This document shows positions 17,301 through 29,343 of a stretch of DNA of 64,000 nucleotides, in pieces. Within the stretch, counting starts at the first letter, position 1. Each line of letters begins with the position of its first letter. Below the pieces are notes generated by a model. It ran no database searches. It saw nothing but the letters and a program-made list of their open reading frames with translations, and had not been told where the DNA came from. The stretch lies in NCBI GenBank assembly GCA_010093815.1, contig ML996576.1. The stretch is one strand, 5' to 3'. The stretch is from Pseudovirgaria hyperparasitica (Eukaryota). Position numbers and translations under genes: made by a program.

Positions 17301-18668
17301 TTCATGAAACAATTGATGGACTTCGTCATTTTCCAGACTGTGCGCGAATCATTGGGTGAGTTCGAAGAAGAGAAGCTGCGTAAGGAAGCAGATGCATTTC
17401 GACAGAATAAGTTGGCTATCAAATACTGTATCATTTGGTATCGCAATGTGAAGCGGAAGAAAAGTCGGCAGCGTCGACACGATAGGAAAGAACGAGCCCG
17501 GCAACAGTTGGAGCTGATGAAGGCGAAAGAGAACGAAATACCCAAGAATTCGGCAGAAGCACTTCTGCAGGCACGGTCACGGAATGGCAAGGAAAAATTG
17601 CGAAGCAATGGAGTCGCACCAACTGTCTCTCGTACCGTAGAGCAACCAGACACGCCTCAAGAAGACTTTGCTGTTAAACAGCCGGTGAAAAGCCCTGTCG
17701 AGAGCCCTGTCACACATACTCCTGTAAGGCATTCTCCACGCCCCTTTAATGCTGCAGAGCTTTTCGGTGTCACACCTCGCAACAGCATCAGCCGGCATAC
17801 CCTGGATACCCAGTCTGTTCGCCCTGTATCCCATGAACGCCTTAACCAAACACATTCAGCCTACTTCAATTCCATCGCTAGCAGCGATGTCGACTCCACC
17901 GCCAGATCTAGCTTCAATCGTAAGCGTACACGCCACGTACAAGATGACGGCTCCGACGACGATCTTTCGCCTGATAGAAACTCTCTGCCAGGCATCACCA
18001 GCACATCATACTGGTCGAAGAGCCGCAAACGCATGAATTCGCTTTCCGGTGGTATGGACTTACGCCGCTCCTTCGGCCCAATCGCCGGTCTGAACGCACA
18101 CCTACGCCCATCTTCGTCTCATACGTCGCACGCATCCACTCCAGCACCTGATGTCGCTGCCGTCGATCCCCGTGATGCAGCCCTTCTTGCCCGTGTTGCT
18201 CGCGCACGCGCTTCGCTCATGGGTACATCGCCGTCTGTGTCTTCGAGCCCGGCTCTAGCAGACCTCAAGCCATTACAAAGGACCCTTCCCGGCCGTGTCG
18301 AGGGATTCCATAAGGAGGAGCCACGCGACAAGCCCGCTTATTGGTATCGTATTTCGCGATTCGTGAAGCGCGAGGACTATGGAAAGGCAGTGCTGGATGT
18401 GGACAGACCGAAGTTCAGTCTTACGAATGCGCTGAAGCCGCAGCTTGAGGCGGCACAGAAGGAGGTGCGCAGTATGGAAGAGGACAAGCTGCAGAATCAC
18501 ACACAAAAGGGGAAGAGGAAGCATGACGAGAAGACAAAGCAGGAGGAGAACAAGAAGAGGAAGGCGACCCGCAAGAACATGACGGCGCCACCTCTACCAC
18601 CACCAGGACCGCCAAAGTTGGCCAACAGCGCAGCGGGTGGTTCTTGGGATGACGCGATTGAGTTGTAA
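14355..18668 (+). CDS. SAC3: SAC3/GANP family TREX-2 mRNA export scaffold
   Basis: 1437-aa uninterrupted ORF with SAC3/GANP motifs GTCPSMCPEYER, MVKKFRRAAAG, LPSDLRPP, FVWDRTRMIRTDFTIQ, ERCIRYHI, QVSYLMACAAE. CID-like basic helix at about aa 1010-1050. Confidence 0.9.
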   Translation: MFEGRSGRGSTITKGGPGLLKGPHTKFQGATDDTARLKSRHGMNNVSRGGARGNARSTASTRGRGRGGRAQPSGYPSQRRKSQDSHISQEGESQTSVTYKPTGDAAHDRWKLLQQRRQIETKNAIDKGLIWDQSKKGMRLGDARAPRGTCPSMCPEYERAERISNNDVWAQERDAQNKPDETRMVKKFRRAAAGQGEALPSDLRPPEMLQKTMDFLVNDVIANAEWLGDVAKFVWDRTRMIRTDFTIQRVAEVKKDYSNMADVRIAMETYERCIRYHILSMHHNGDTARETKPDYSWQQDLEQLESTFSTLTHMYDDHRDHYRSPNEVEMKSYQIILAVRKATQSLEHDIETKWPPEFITNPAIDVALKIYAAAGDIKKTHGPLRPETTFPVVQANWQHFWNTVRSSQVSYLMACAAEAVFDIVRHNALNAIWNGYNRGKGKPTDFEIKDLKDILAFDTPEETLTYCEYFGFTAYVDAMGRLCLDLGEVRTTRDPLRKPKDGLKPQYMAKWIEPKRKRRNLAAIINGWSVEEAEKHGMLVEQIEENVHVEDVPMKVSKKFRNESSLFVPENPESPENSEVDAEGDEEAEDDEDDDGDQENEDESEYEDEDEDGDKDEEEEEHEGNQDVATATAAVAHPGRRPEDNPSPKLNPFASAFQPRNSLGTTTKAFGGTFGQPSVSYTQPPAKTATSSPFSAFASASNPSSSSTFGKPSFQPPIAVQKPTSLSATTSTPEDGASSTLAAQSLLTQSAFSQPPSSHDSKPSSVASPFAPPNPSPSGTTSPLSTSAKSVTHPESAYNLASASEGRSNDLAAKSSTSSTATAPATNPFGFGGTFPSFTTTRPSQIPAQASSSLQSFTKNTQAQPLPPQVSSSSSTSTATLSAFAPTSAPASTAFTPSSVTKVTGPAASTLNSSPLAKPTQTQNDGDPSITGEQQISSSFSKSTVSSQFPESTISDQQNRTQKRSEIFESLAVQLIEEPERGFMKQLMDFVIFQTVRESLGEFEEEKLRKEADAFRQNKLAIKYCIIWYRNVKRKKSRQRRHDRKERARQQLELMKAKENEIPKNSAEALLQARSRNGKEKLRSNGVAPTVSRTVEQPDTPQEDFAVKQPVKSPVESPVTHTPVRHSPRPFNAAELFGVTPRNSISRHTLDTQSVRPVSHERLNQTHSAYFNSIASSDVDSTARSSFNRKRTRHVQDDGSDDDLSPDRNSLPGITSTSYWSKSRKRMNSLSGGMDLRRSFGPIAGLNAHLRPSSSHTSHASTPAPDVAAVDPRDAALLARVARARASLMGTSPSVSSSPALADLKPLQRTLPGRVEGFHKEEPRDKPAYWYRISRFVKREDYGKAVLDVDRPKFSLTNALKPQLEAAQKEVRSMEEDKLQNHTQKGKRKHDEKTKQEENKKRKATRKNMTAPPLPPPGPPKLANSAAGGSWDDAIEL

Positions 18669-19429
18669 TTTGAGACGACTTACGCATGCTGACTTGGTCT
18701 TCTTTGCATAAAACTTTGTAGCATACCTCATCATAGCATTTAGGGAAAGGAATACCCTGCGCTTAAGCGCTCGCTCGTGACTTCACACGAGTAAATACAC
18801 ATACACATACGCATGCACACGCGTATACATTATTGCACTGATATACACATCCAGTTTAACCCCATCAACGTTGGTTTAGATGTGCATACTAATCACCACG
18901 CTCCAATATTGTGATTGAGCAGTTGACTATCTACCTGCCTGCCTGCCTGCCTGACTGTTTCATCATTAACCTGCTCACACCTATCAACCTGTTCCATTTC
19001 CCACCGACACAGTTTAGAAAGATATACTCCGATTTAACTAGTTCGTACGTGCAGAGATCACACATGCGTAGCGAGCTTTTCCTTCGGGCAACTAATAGTG
19101 CATACAAGTAGCAGTAGATGACTAGTTACGGGCTTTTAAGCTACTGAACGTTATGCTAAGAACCTTGGTCTAGTAAATCCACTTACCAGTGTAAGGATGA
19201 TTTTAGCGTAACTTACTTCTTCACGTCTCGTTGGACTTTTCACATACATCTAGCACAGCATAACGTAACACAGCACAATACAACCTATTGGAGCACACCA
19301 TAACATAACAATCGCTAGTAGACGACCCTCGATATCACTTTGTGCATGCCAATTCCATTCACCCACAGCTGTCCCCCGCAGTATACACTCACTCGTCCAC
19401 AGGGACTCCACCAGCCAGCCTATGATTTA

Positions 19430-20689
19430 TCAGACAATACCAATCGCTTCAATCCGCTGCATCTCTCGCATCACCATGACCCATCCTTTCTCCGCCTCTA
19501 AGCGCCGCTCCTCACTCTCTTCTAGCTCCCTCTCCGTGCCCAACACCACATCATCGTTTGCACCAGTTGGTGCGGAAAGCGCCCTATCAATCAGCTCCTC
19601 CAGCTCACTCTTCCGCATGTGCAGATATGTGTAGCGCTCGAGGCGGTATCTCTGGTCGAGAGATGTTAAGCAGGAGGCAGTGGTAGCTGTAGTAGTGAAA
19701 GGGAAGTATGACAGGGCTGTCGCAAAGGAAGGAGGTTTGGGGAGCAGGGAAGTGGACGAGAGCGTGGACGGTGGAAAGTCAAGCCATGCGAGCAGATGCG
19801 CGAGGGAGGACTGCTCGTCCATGTCGAGCTTGGCAGTATGACTGGCTTCTCTCCCGCTGTGGTCTCGCTCAGGCTCGTCGTCACGCTTGTCGACTATATA
19901 TCCGTCGTCGTCGTCGTCGTCGGCGGCGGCTCCAGCATCGACATGGTGCGGTCCAACCTCAACACCGACACCCACCGACCGCCTCACAACAGACTTGCGC
20001 CTCGTCGCAAATAATCTCGCCGGCGCTGTACCGACTGCTTTCCGCCTCACCGTACCCTGTTCGCTCCTTCCCTGCACAAGGCCCCAGGCACGACCAAACG
20101 GTCGCGTCAAGATGCCATCCGCCACTGTCGTTGCGCGGATCTCACTAGGGCCTTTCGATGTCGGGGTGGCGTGTTTGGGGAAGGGTGAAGAGGGTGGAGA
20201 GGGTAGGGATGCTCTGCACTCTTTTGAGGGGTGGTGGGCTTGGTAGATTAGAGGAGAGGGGTTGTATATAGCGTTGCTAAAGGGTGGTCTGTCTGTGTCT
20301 GGGTGGCAGTCTGTGTCTGGTTGCCTGTCGGCGTACGTGTCTGACGGTGTGAGAGTGGCGTGTTGTTGTTGGTTGCGTAGAGTGCTTGTGCTTGGACTTA
20401 TGCTTGGACTTTCACTAGGAGTAGCATTCGTACTTTGGCTCTCCATCTCCATCGACGCTGTAGTCTTTGTTCCAGCACGCTGTGTAGGAGAGAACCGTGA
20501 TTGCGGTGGCTTTTCACGCACTGGAATGCCCGAGTCAAAGACACGTTGCATGCTGCTAATAGAGCGGGTGCGAGGGGGTGTTTTTTCAGCAGGTTGCTCA
20601 TGGCGTGAGGAGGCGAGAGAGGCCCATTTCTTGCGGAGGAAGGATGGAGAGGAGGTGGGGAAGGATAAGTGTGGTGCAGTGATAGGCAT
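19430..20689 (-). CDS. hypothetical protein (low-complexity N-terminus, helical C-terminal domain)
   Basis: 419-aa ATG-initiated ORF; C-terminal segment LSYFPF...CLTSLDQRYRLERYTYLHMRKSELEELIDRAL looks globular. No function recognised. Confidence 0.7.
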   Translation of the reverse strand: MPITAPHLSFPTSSPSFLRKKWASLASSRHEQPAEKTPPRTRSISSMQRVFDSGIPVREKPPQSRFSPTQRAGTKTTASMEMESQSTNATPSESPSISPSTSTLRNQQQHATLTPSDTYADRQPDTDCHPDTDRPPFSNAIYNPSPLIYQAHHPSKECRASLPSPPSSPFPKHATPTSKGPSEIRATTVADGILTRPFGRAWGLVQGRSEQGTVRRKAVGTAPARLFATRRKSVVRRSVGVGVEVGPHHVDAGAAADDDDDDGYIVDKRDDEPERDHSGREASHTAKLDMDEQSSLAHLLAWLDFPPSTLSSTSLLPKPPSFATALSYFPFTTTATTASCLTSLDQRYRLERYTYLHMRKSELEELIDRALSAPTGANDDVVLGTERELEESEERRLEAEKGWVMVMREMQRIEAIGIV

Positions 20690-20962
20690 TGCTCGGGATC
20701 ACGGTTGTGATTCGGTATTGCACTTTCAGTATAATGGTTGTAAGGGAAACGAATCGTGGAATGAGGATATGAATATGGGGAGAGAGGGAGGGTAAGTAGT
20801 GGTGAGTAGTGATACGTATCACATGAGGCTAATGGTTGATTTATATTCAACCTGAGTTCTGTCACAGGTCAGAATACCCACGTAGGTAATGATGGCCCAC
20901 GACGTGATTGATCTCGTGATTACTTTCGTGAAAAGCTTCAGTTGGCATATCTTTCAGACCTC

Positions 20963-21554
20963 TCATCCTCTGCATGGCCCACTCCCATTTCCAAAGCCCG
21001 GTTCCCATTGAATCTCCTGGCCTGCAGCAACCATACCACAAACCCCATCAACGGCCTCCCTATCCCTCACCTGTATCATTTCGTCCCTCTCCAATCGCCG
21101 CTTCCGACATGTCCGCTTTCGTCTTTCTAGTAGCGATCCACGCGCTTCAGACATCGGTAGAACTTTCTCCCGGTAGCTACTAACGAACATCTCTGGCGAG
21201 GCTAGTGGATTGGGGATTAGGTATCCGTCTACGAAGATGTGCGATGGGATTACGTTCTCTGGACGGGAGAGTGGGACAGGGGGCGGTGTTCGTGGGTACT
21301 TGAACCATGTGTTTGTATCGCTCGGATTGAATCGGAACTCGTGCATGGTCTCCGAGAGAGATATGTTTGGCGAATTTTCTGCAGGGGATTGGGGGCTTGG
21401 AGCTGTGGATCGGAGAAAGTGCTGAGAAGAAGCTTGTTGGTCAGGGGATGGGTGGACTTTTGCTATAGCGGCGAGGTGTGGTTGATAAGGTATAAAGGGT
21501 TTTGACACTGACTCGTCTGTGCCAGAGTCGCTTCGTGACGATTGGGAGGACATA
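20963..21554 (-). CDS. hypothetical (orphan) protein, ~197 aa
   Basis: Open frame with likely start MSSQSSRSDS, an upstream TATA-like element and a basic patch RRKRTCRKRR; no family recognised. Confidence 0.45.
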
Positions 21555-22903
21555 TTGAATGGCAAGTCGTGGTTTGGCGTGCTGTGGGTTATTGCATATG
21601 GAATATGAGGCAGCCTGGACTCATATATAACTGTTCCAGCAGCAAACGAATCCGATACTTCATTCATAGACAGCAAATTCAGTCTTCATTTGCGTAGTGA
21701 TGGTGGTGCGCTTATATGTTAGAACCAACCTGGAGGTAGATTCACTGAGACTACTGTGACGGTGCCAAAGCATTTCCACGAAGGAGGACTATGAGTGAAT
21801 GTTCGAAACGAACTAAGCACTGCGTGGCCGTTTATATGCCGGATCTCATGTCTCTCACATTCCATGATTAAGAAGTCCTATCAATGGTCATGTATACCTT
21901 AGATTAAACTCCATACGGACGAATATCGCACATGTCATGTTTCGTCTTCTCCAGTCAGTGCTCGGCCCTCTCCATACCCTGCAGTCCCTATTCCCGCAGA
22001 GTTGCATAACGACATAGATCGTTGCTTTGCCCCTATGCCTAGGTAGTTTTTTCCCGACTAGACTATGCAAACTAAGCAGTAGCAGGTAGCTACCGGCTTG
22101 AGCCTACGGGTCTGATATAGGTACTGTGCAGCCATTTACTAGTGCACTAGCACATCTCACATCAGATTCTGCAAATTGGACGGTAGTATATTGTGTCGAT
22201 ATCTTTTGCCCCGGCTCCACCTGTGGACTCTACTTGATCATAAGTTTTACTTTATCCGTCGCATTCCTGATGAAGGCTCCGCACCTGATGGTTGCGAGAC
22301 TTCGGCAGAGCTAGCCTGCGTGTCGCTCAGTATTGATCTCTTTAGTACTCCATTCGATGACATCGCGTTGAGGTTTGAGATTACTTGTAGACTTGGTATT
22401 TGATTGGGTGCTGTTAGTCAGTGCAAAGGCAATCGTAATATGCGTCCAATCATTGATATCAGAAGATCGCACATTAAATAGCTCTTGAACAGCACAATAG
22501 CATCACTTGATACTATCTATCCCTAGGTGGTCGTCAGTTAATTGACTCGATCGACCCATTCATCACCAGCGGTTAAGATCCGATCCATGCAGCAAACTAG
22601 TAGTTATTATACCCACAGCTCGTCAACACTACACAAGTTCGCAGATCCCTTCTTCGGCCAGTTCTTGCTTTAAGATAGAGATTCCATGGTTCTCTTGGTT
22701 CTGAATGTGCGTCTGAGACCCCACCACCTGGATGCGATACATTATTCTCAATTCGGAGCTCATTCAAGCAAGCCTTAGTGACCTCTGCTTTGCGCTCCTG
22801 CTCGATCAGACAGCTTTCGTCAAAAATTTGTCTACTTGGGGTAGATGAATTCCAGTCTCGGTGGCGAGTACGTGCCCCTGAAAGGTTTCATTGGTGAAAT
22901 AAG

Positions 22904-23209
22904 TCAATTGGACGGAGCCACTACAGTCATAGATCGAGGACCCCGTGGCGCGCCTATTGGAGGTTCTATGATCCTGGTAGTATTGATGTGAGGTTGCACC
23001 TGTTGCTGTTGATGCAGTGCAGGTACATAGGCACCGGAAGGCGCTAAAGCCGACCGTATTGAGTATTGGCTAGGAGGGTTGGACCGGATGATACCATGTT
23101 CCGAATCTACGCAATGACGAGCAGAAGTCGGCACGAAAGGTCTTGCCCGTGCATTGAAACAAAATGCGTCCTTTGGTGGGTCGGTCGGTGGAGTTCCTTG
23201 GGGTGCCAT
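22904..23209 (-). CDS. small protein with PAM2-like motif (may be first exon of a longer or decayed gene)
   Basis: ATG in good context (CACCATGG); contains FNARARPFVP, matching the PAM2 consensus (L/F)NxxAxxFxP. A further open frame lies at about 22880-22630. Confidence 0.45.
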   Translation of the reverse strand: MAPQGTPPTDPPKDAFCFNARARPFVPTSARHCVDSEHGIIRSNPPSQYSIRSALAPSGAYVPALHQQQQVQPHINTTRIIEPPIGAPRGPRSMTVVAPSN

Positions 23210-23604
23210 GGTGAGGATGTGGTTAGGCTTATTCAGCGTGACTTGATGGAATAGACGTTGAATAGTAGTAGATGAGTACGGATATGTACGGTTCAGAACA
23301 ACACTTGCAACGTCGCTGTAGCGATCATCCTTCTGATGACATGAGCGGTTTGCCCGAACTCGTTTGATCCCACTGCCTTCACATAAGTGAATAACGCTTC
23401 ACTCTGTCGTCGTGGCAAGGACGCCTCTGCACACTAGTCAGCTGGCAAGATCCAGGGAAGAGGTCACTCAAGAGGCCATGCCCAGCAGTGAAGTTCAAGA
23501 AAGGGTTTGGAGTCACTTCATTGCATGCGAGATGTATTAGAACCTATGTGGCAACCAATACTGGCATTTTGCTGCCGTGTCATCATTGCCTCTTTTCCCA
23601 TGGT

Positions 23605-25224
23605 TTACTCTATGGTCTTCTCTGTCATGAAGATGCCATACTTCTCCTGCAGTTCCTTCCTCAACGGGGCATCCAGGTCTTCGCTCATTGGCGCCAGGAC
23701 ACCGCGCTGGCTGATGGTGCCATTAAGAACCTGCTGAATGGCGACCGCACAAGGGACGCCGACGAGCTTGGCCATCGCTGAGTAGCCCTTGGGGTCACCA
23801 TACTCGATGAGCGTGGAAAAGCGCGTTTCTTTGCGGCCATCCTTGTGCTCGATTCCGAACTTGTGCTGCAAGAACACAAGATCACGCTCTCCTTCTTCGT
23901 ATTGCATCTTCTTCTCGAGCTGCGCGCAAAGCGTATCGAGCGGGTTGCCGCGGGGCTCAATTGGCGTATCGCTGAACATGCCGACCCAGCGCATACCGGA
24001 GATGATGCGGTACTTTTCTTCAGTGTTGGGAAACTTCGTCTTTGAGCTGACTGCCCACAGAAGATCTTCTTCTGAACTCGAGCTAGATCCCAAGACCTTA
24101 GCTGTTGCCTCCTTCCATGGGATGGCTTCGTTGAGGAAGTCCCTTGGCTCGTCGCTGAGGAACCCAGTGTCTACGAGGACCTTGATGAACTCAGGGAAGC
24201 CTTGGAATCGGAGAGTACCTCGAACAATCTCCTCAGCTTCAGGAATGTCGTAACGCTCCTTGTACGGGGTGGAGTCACGGTTGGGATAGGCGACGAATGC
24301 ATAACCATTATAGCCGGTGAAGTACGGCTTGGCTGTGGCCATAAGCTCGGGACCGGAGACGTCTTTGATCTGGCCATTTTCATAGTAGCGAGCAGCGTTG
24401 CGGAGAGCGAGAAGCACGCCACGCGAGCTCCAGCTGAACTTATAGCCGAGAGGGTTGTCGGAACACTCTGGAGCTGGCAGACCACCACAATAACTGAGGA
24501 AACTAGTGATCTTTCCACCCGCCTTGTGGACTTCGGAGATGGTCTTAATGGCCCATAGATGATCAATACCACTGCAACATTTTAGGTTTGGCTCTGCGAA
24601 GAGTGCTTAGTGAGCTTACGGGTCTAGACCAATTTCATTCATGACAGTGATACCAGCCTCCTTAGCTTGGGCATCGAGCTCCAACATCGCTGGCGAGACG
24701 TATGACGTGGTGACGACATGCTTCTTGCTCTTGATAGCAGACTTGATCACAAGCTAACCACTATGAGTCTCAGGTTATGCATTGAGTCCAGCAATACATA
24801 CCGCGTGAAATGTGTATGGGACAAGAGAAACGACAAGGTCGTTCTTGGCTACTTCAGCGTCCAGTGCCTTCTCATCGTTGAGGTCTAATGAGACGCACTG
24901 GGTGTTTTTTAGGCCTTCGGCAAGTTTCTTGGATCGCTCCAAAGTCCTGCAAGCGACAGTGACAGTAACACCAGAGTTTGCGAGAATTTCGGCGGTGGGC
25001 CGGCAGACCTGTACCACAAAGGTTAACACATGAAGTCATGGAGCCGGAGTGCATCAGTGTGAAATGTAAAATGTTTGTTAGATCGAGATCACGTACAAAG
25101 CCGGCACCGAGAAGGAGAACATTGCTAACATCAGGTCAGTCATTGACATATTGAGATGCAAACAATGCACTTGCGCCCAATGACACCGTGATGGACGATG
25201 TTTGAACACTTACTTTGAGGACAT
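23605..25224 (-). CDS. LYS9: saccharopine dehydrogenase (NADP+, L-glutamate-forming)
   Basis: N-terminal VLLLGAGFV across small exons; VTVACRTLE, HVVTTSYVSPAM, MNEIGLDP, SYCGGLPAPECSDNPLGYKFSWSSRGVLLA, AYPNRDSTPY, GYSAMAKLVGVPCA. Confidence 0.95.
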
Positions 25225-25304
25225 TGCGACCGTCTGTGATTAAACGATCAGCTATGCAGTAGAGGTATGATTTGAACTCTACCTCTGCTCCGCAATTATG
25301 GCAA

Positions 25305-25311
25305 TGAGTCA
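25305..25311. promoter_or_regulatory. Gcn4/CpcA (cross-pathway control) binding site upstream of LYS9
   Basis: Perfect TGAGTCA about 80 bp upstream of the LYS9 start; lysine biosynthesis genes are established Gcn4/CpcA targets. Confidence 0.65.
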
Positions 25312-25634
25312 ATTGACAGACACAAGAGGATCAACAAAGATTTCGTATTTTCGTGGTCCCGCCTCCGTCATCGGGAACGGCCCTACGTCGGTAAAAGTCT
25401 GCGCCGGGATCTAGCCACATCTGGAGAAGCTCTAAACAGGGGGCAGACGGAGACGTTTGCATCGATGCGTGGTCACGTTCCAAGTGCAGCCGCAAAGCAT
25501 GCCGGGTCGAATAGCTGCAGTCGCATTAGCAATTTCTCAATCCTCAAAATAAACGTGCGAGCTGAACCGAAGTATGGTTGAGTGGAGACGAATGTGACAG
25601 CTGTCCTGTACGTGTCTGTCGAACGTGGCCCAAA

Positions 25635-28074
25635 ATGCCAGGCATGATAGACCACGGCGACGAGGTCGCCGCAGCTGTTCATCAGGTGAGTTGTCTAAGC
25701 TATACAACTGCTGGGGCTATATTTCCAACTGAGTAATCATATAGATAACTCTGTCGTCGTCGGACTCGGATTACATCGACCAACTGATACCGGTGCTTCG
25801 AGATGTCCATCATTCTGATCGGGCCGGTCATCTAATTCAAGGGTTGAACCAAAGTTCCAACGAGCGAGAAGCCGAAATTGAACGGATGTGCAACACCAAT
25901 CATCAGGAATTCGTCAACTCAGTCAACCAGCTCTTGGAAGTACGGGAAGGGACAGTCAGCTTGACATCAGAGATTCTGCAACTGAATCAATCGATTCAAG
26001 CCAGTACTGAGAAGCTTGCTGCTCAAAAAAAGGCCTTAGTCGATTCAAGAAGCGTTCGACAGAACATAGACGAAGCCACGGAGGCACTCAAGGCATGTCT
26101 AGAAGTCCTACGCCTGGCTAACCAAGTCCACGATCTCAAAGAAAAGAAGAGTCACTATACTGCTCTTCGTGCCCTGGACGAACTTAGGAATGTGCATCTC
26201 CGGGAGATCAGAAGATACAAAATCGCAGACATGATTGAGAAGTCTGTACCAGCAACACAGCGGATGATTGCCGACGCTGTCATGACAGACTTGAATACAT
26301 GGCTCTACTATATCCGGGATGCATCGCAGTATCTGGGCGAGGTCGCCTTTTACCATACAGATATGCGCCGCAAGCGACATGAAGAGAGACTGACTAAGGA
26401 TGTAACGTTCACGAAATTCAAACTCAATTCGGCAGTCGAGCTCATCGCAGATGAGTCGGATGAATTCGACGTCTTGAACAACGAAGAAGCAGACACACAA
26501 TTTCACTTCCAGCCATTGTTCGAGTGTATGCATATCCACGACACTCTTGGCCGCATAGAGTATTTCAAGGGTGAATATGCAGCAACTCGGCGGCGGCAGA
26601 AAGAGCTCCTGATACCTGGGTCGCTTACTCTAGTTGACGATGACCAAGCTGATCTGAGCAGTTTGCTCGAAAGTATTGCCGGATTCGCCATTGTGGAGAA
26701 AGCCACCATGAAGAAGACTACTAATTTCCGTGCTATCATTGATGTTGAGGAGTTATGGGATTCGATGTGTCAAAGCGCCATCACTCTCATCACCAACGCT
26801 CTTCCAGTCGTCGACAGTGACGATTTGCTTCTGAAGATCAAGGGTCGCGTCGTACTGTTCATGCAGACTATGGAGAGCTGGGGATACTCTGTAACAACAC
26901 TTAACAGTCTGATCCTAGTTCTCTTCGAGAAGTATTCTGAGCTTCTCAGAGTCCGGTTCAGCGAAGACTTCCAGGAGATCGTCTCTAGCGACGACTATAT
27001 GCCAATGCCGATCAATTCCATGGAAGAGTACGACAAAGTCGTCAACGTTAGCTGGTACACCCCAGACAAGACTCGCGAACAGCTCACATTTCCGTGTGTT
27101 CTTCCATTTTCGCAGATGTATCCTCTCTGCTGCATCGACATCCGCAACTTCCTAAACCAAATCTACCTCTTCTCCGATGATCACTTCCAGCGATCCAGCG
27201 TCATTGATGAAACCCTTCAGAACTCTCTCGACGAGCTGCTTTGCGAGAAGGTCTGTCAGCTCCTGATGGACCAGCTAAGTTCGCAATACCCTGGACAGAT
27301 CGTGCAAATCTTGACAAACCTCGAGCATTTTGAGACAGCATGCAAGGAACTACAAACACTCTTATTCGAAGCTCGCTCTTCGAATGCAGCCAGTGGTCCT
27401 ATTAAGCTACGAGCCACGGAGGAGTTCAGCGTTGGCAAGAAGACAGCCGAAAAGCGCATCTTCGAGCTCGTCAATTCTAAGATTGACGACCTGGTTGACA
27501 CAGCAGAATACGACTGGTACACTCCCATATATCTCCGTATAGAAACTTAACCATGTGACTGACATACCACAGGATGGCGATGCGCCCCGAACGCGAGCCA
27601 AGCAACTATATGCAAGAACTCACTCGCTACCTCTCCAATATTATGAATTCCGTGCTCCTCGGTCTGCCAACCGAGATCAAAGAACTCATCTACTTCGATG
27701 CGTTATCTCACGCTGCGACCATGATACTGTCCCTTCCACTCGATCCTACCGTTAAGCGTATCACACCGGCATCTGTTCACTCGCTGTCGCTCGATGTGCA
27801 ATTTCTGTCAGAGTTTGTGGATGGGCTTGGAAATCCAATATTGAAAGAGAACTTAGACGAACTGCTACAAACCGTCGCATTAATGATGACAGATAACAGC
27901 GACGACTTTTTCGACGTAGCGCAGCGAAATAAGAAGTATGGCCGAGTGGATAGGGAAAATGGTGCGATCCTGATCGAAAAGGTCATGCAGGGACAAAGTG
28001 TGGCGCAGAGTCCGTCCAGAGCGACGGCAAGTGAGAAATTTGCTACGATCAGTTCAAGGTTTGGAATGAAGTAG
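25635..28074 (+). CDS. SEC15: exocyst complex component Sec15
   Basis: IERMCNTNHQEFVNSVNQL, DDYMPMPI, LPFSQMYPLCCIDIRNF, QIVQILTNLEHFETAC, AEKRIFELVNSKIDDL; short first exon plus an intron at about 27517-27572. Confidence 0.95.
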
Positions 28075-28285
28075 TCTCTGCCCCTATGTATTCCGTAGAC
28101 AGTTTGAGCAAGTATGATACCAGAATGAGTAGCACGCGCTATGTCGGCCTCTTTCATGTTTTGCATTCAATATGCTGCCATCATGAAATCTCTCATGACG
28201 CAAATATACATGTAATGAGCTACTGGCATCACAGAACGCCGTATATGCCGTTTCCCTTCAATCCTTCAACTTCACAATCAACCGT

Positions 28286-28889
28286 CTAGGCCGCCGCCTT
28301 TGCCGCCTTCCCACCCCGCAGCTTCGCGGGCTTAGCATCCTTCTTCTTCCTCTGCAGCTGGCGAATGGCACTGGCGCGAGCAACGGCCTCTGTCCTCAAA
28401 TCGGCGCGGTACCCCTTCTTGGCAGTGCTGTTAACGATGGACTTGTAGGTACGGCGCGAGGACTTGCCAGCCCCATACGAGGCGGCGTTAATCTCGAGAC
28501 CGGGCTTGTTAGCCTTGTTGGGCTTCTTGGTAAGAAGTGTCAGGCCACCATCCGGGTTGGGCTGGATGCCGATGGCGCGGTCATTGGCGTAGCCTTCGTA
28601 CTGTGTTATGTATGAGTATATTATGCTTGGTTTCATTTGGGACGAAACTCAGAAGTGTATGTATACCTTCTTTGCATGCAGGTTGGTCAGATTCAGGGGG
28701 TCGCGTGAAAACTGGATGCCACCAGCAGTTTTGCGCTTTACGAGGGTAGCATGGTTACCACCTATACACACACCGAGGGATTAGCAAACGACTCTTTCTC
28801 GAGAATTCATTATACGCATTTGACTGAGCGCGCGAATCAAACGTACGGCTGATGAACCAGAGAATATCTTCTGAGAGATTGGAGGCCAT
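28286..28889 (-). CDS. RPL28: 60S ribosomal protein L28e (eL28)
   Basis: Three exons: MASNLSEDILWFIS / GGNHATLVKRKTAGGIQFSRDPLNLTNLHAK / YEGYANDRAIG...GYRADLRTEAVARASAI. Confidence 0.92.
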
Positions 28890-29343
28890 TGCGAGGATAT
28901 GAGCGAGCAATTCTATTGCTCAAGATCTGTCTGCTGTGCGGCTTTGTCGATTGTGGATTTTGGTCGATATTGAAGTGTGCACGCCGAGAGTTTTTCCGCG
29001 CCGAACATCCTCTGGCGAGCGGACGTGGTCCGTGTGTGAGCGGAAAACCTGATGACGAATCGCGGCGGCTACGGAGTAGTGTGTTAGAACCAACCTCAGT
29101 TCTGACTTCCCGTGCTATTCTTCATCCCACTAGACGTTTGATAGTGCATCTTCTTTGTCCTTTTTCTTTTCTCCAAAATCTCATAAGCCCGTACCAATCC
29201 ACCTACCCTATAAGTCTTGGACACACAAAGCGGCCGATTCGGTCGGCCACGGCATCGTTAACTTTTCCCTCCGCGACAGCAACCGTTAGGAACACATCCC
29301 CTCACACAGAACCTCTCCAAACTTGTGTAACACACTTGCTAAC

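Noticed and set aside
22904..22906. Readthrough of TGA-C creating a peroxisomal signal
   Set aside because: Context is TGA CTT rather than TGA CTA, and the extension ends in YPK, which is not a PTS1.
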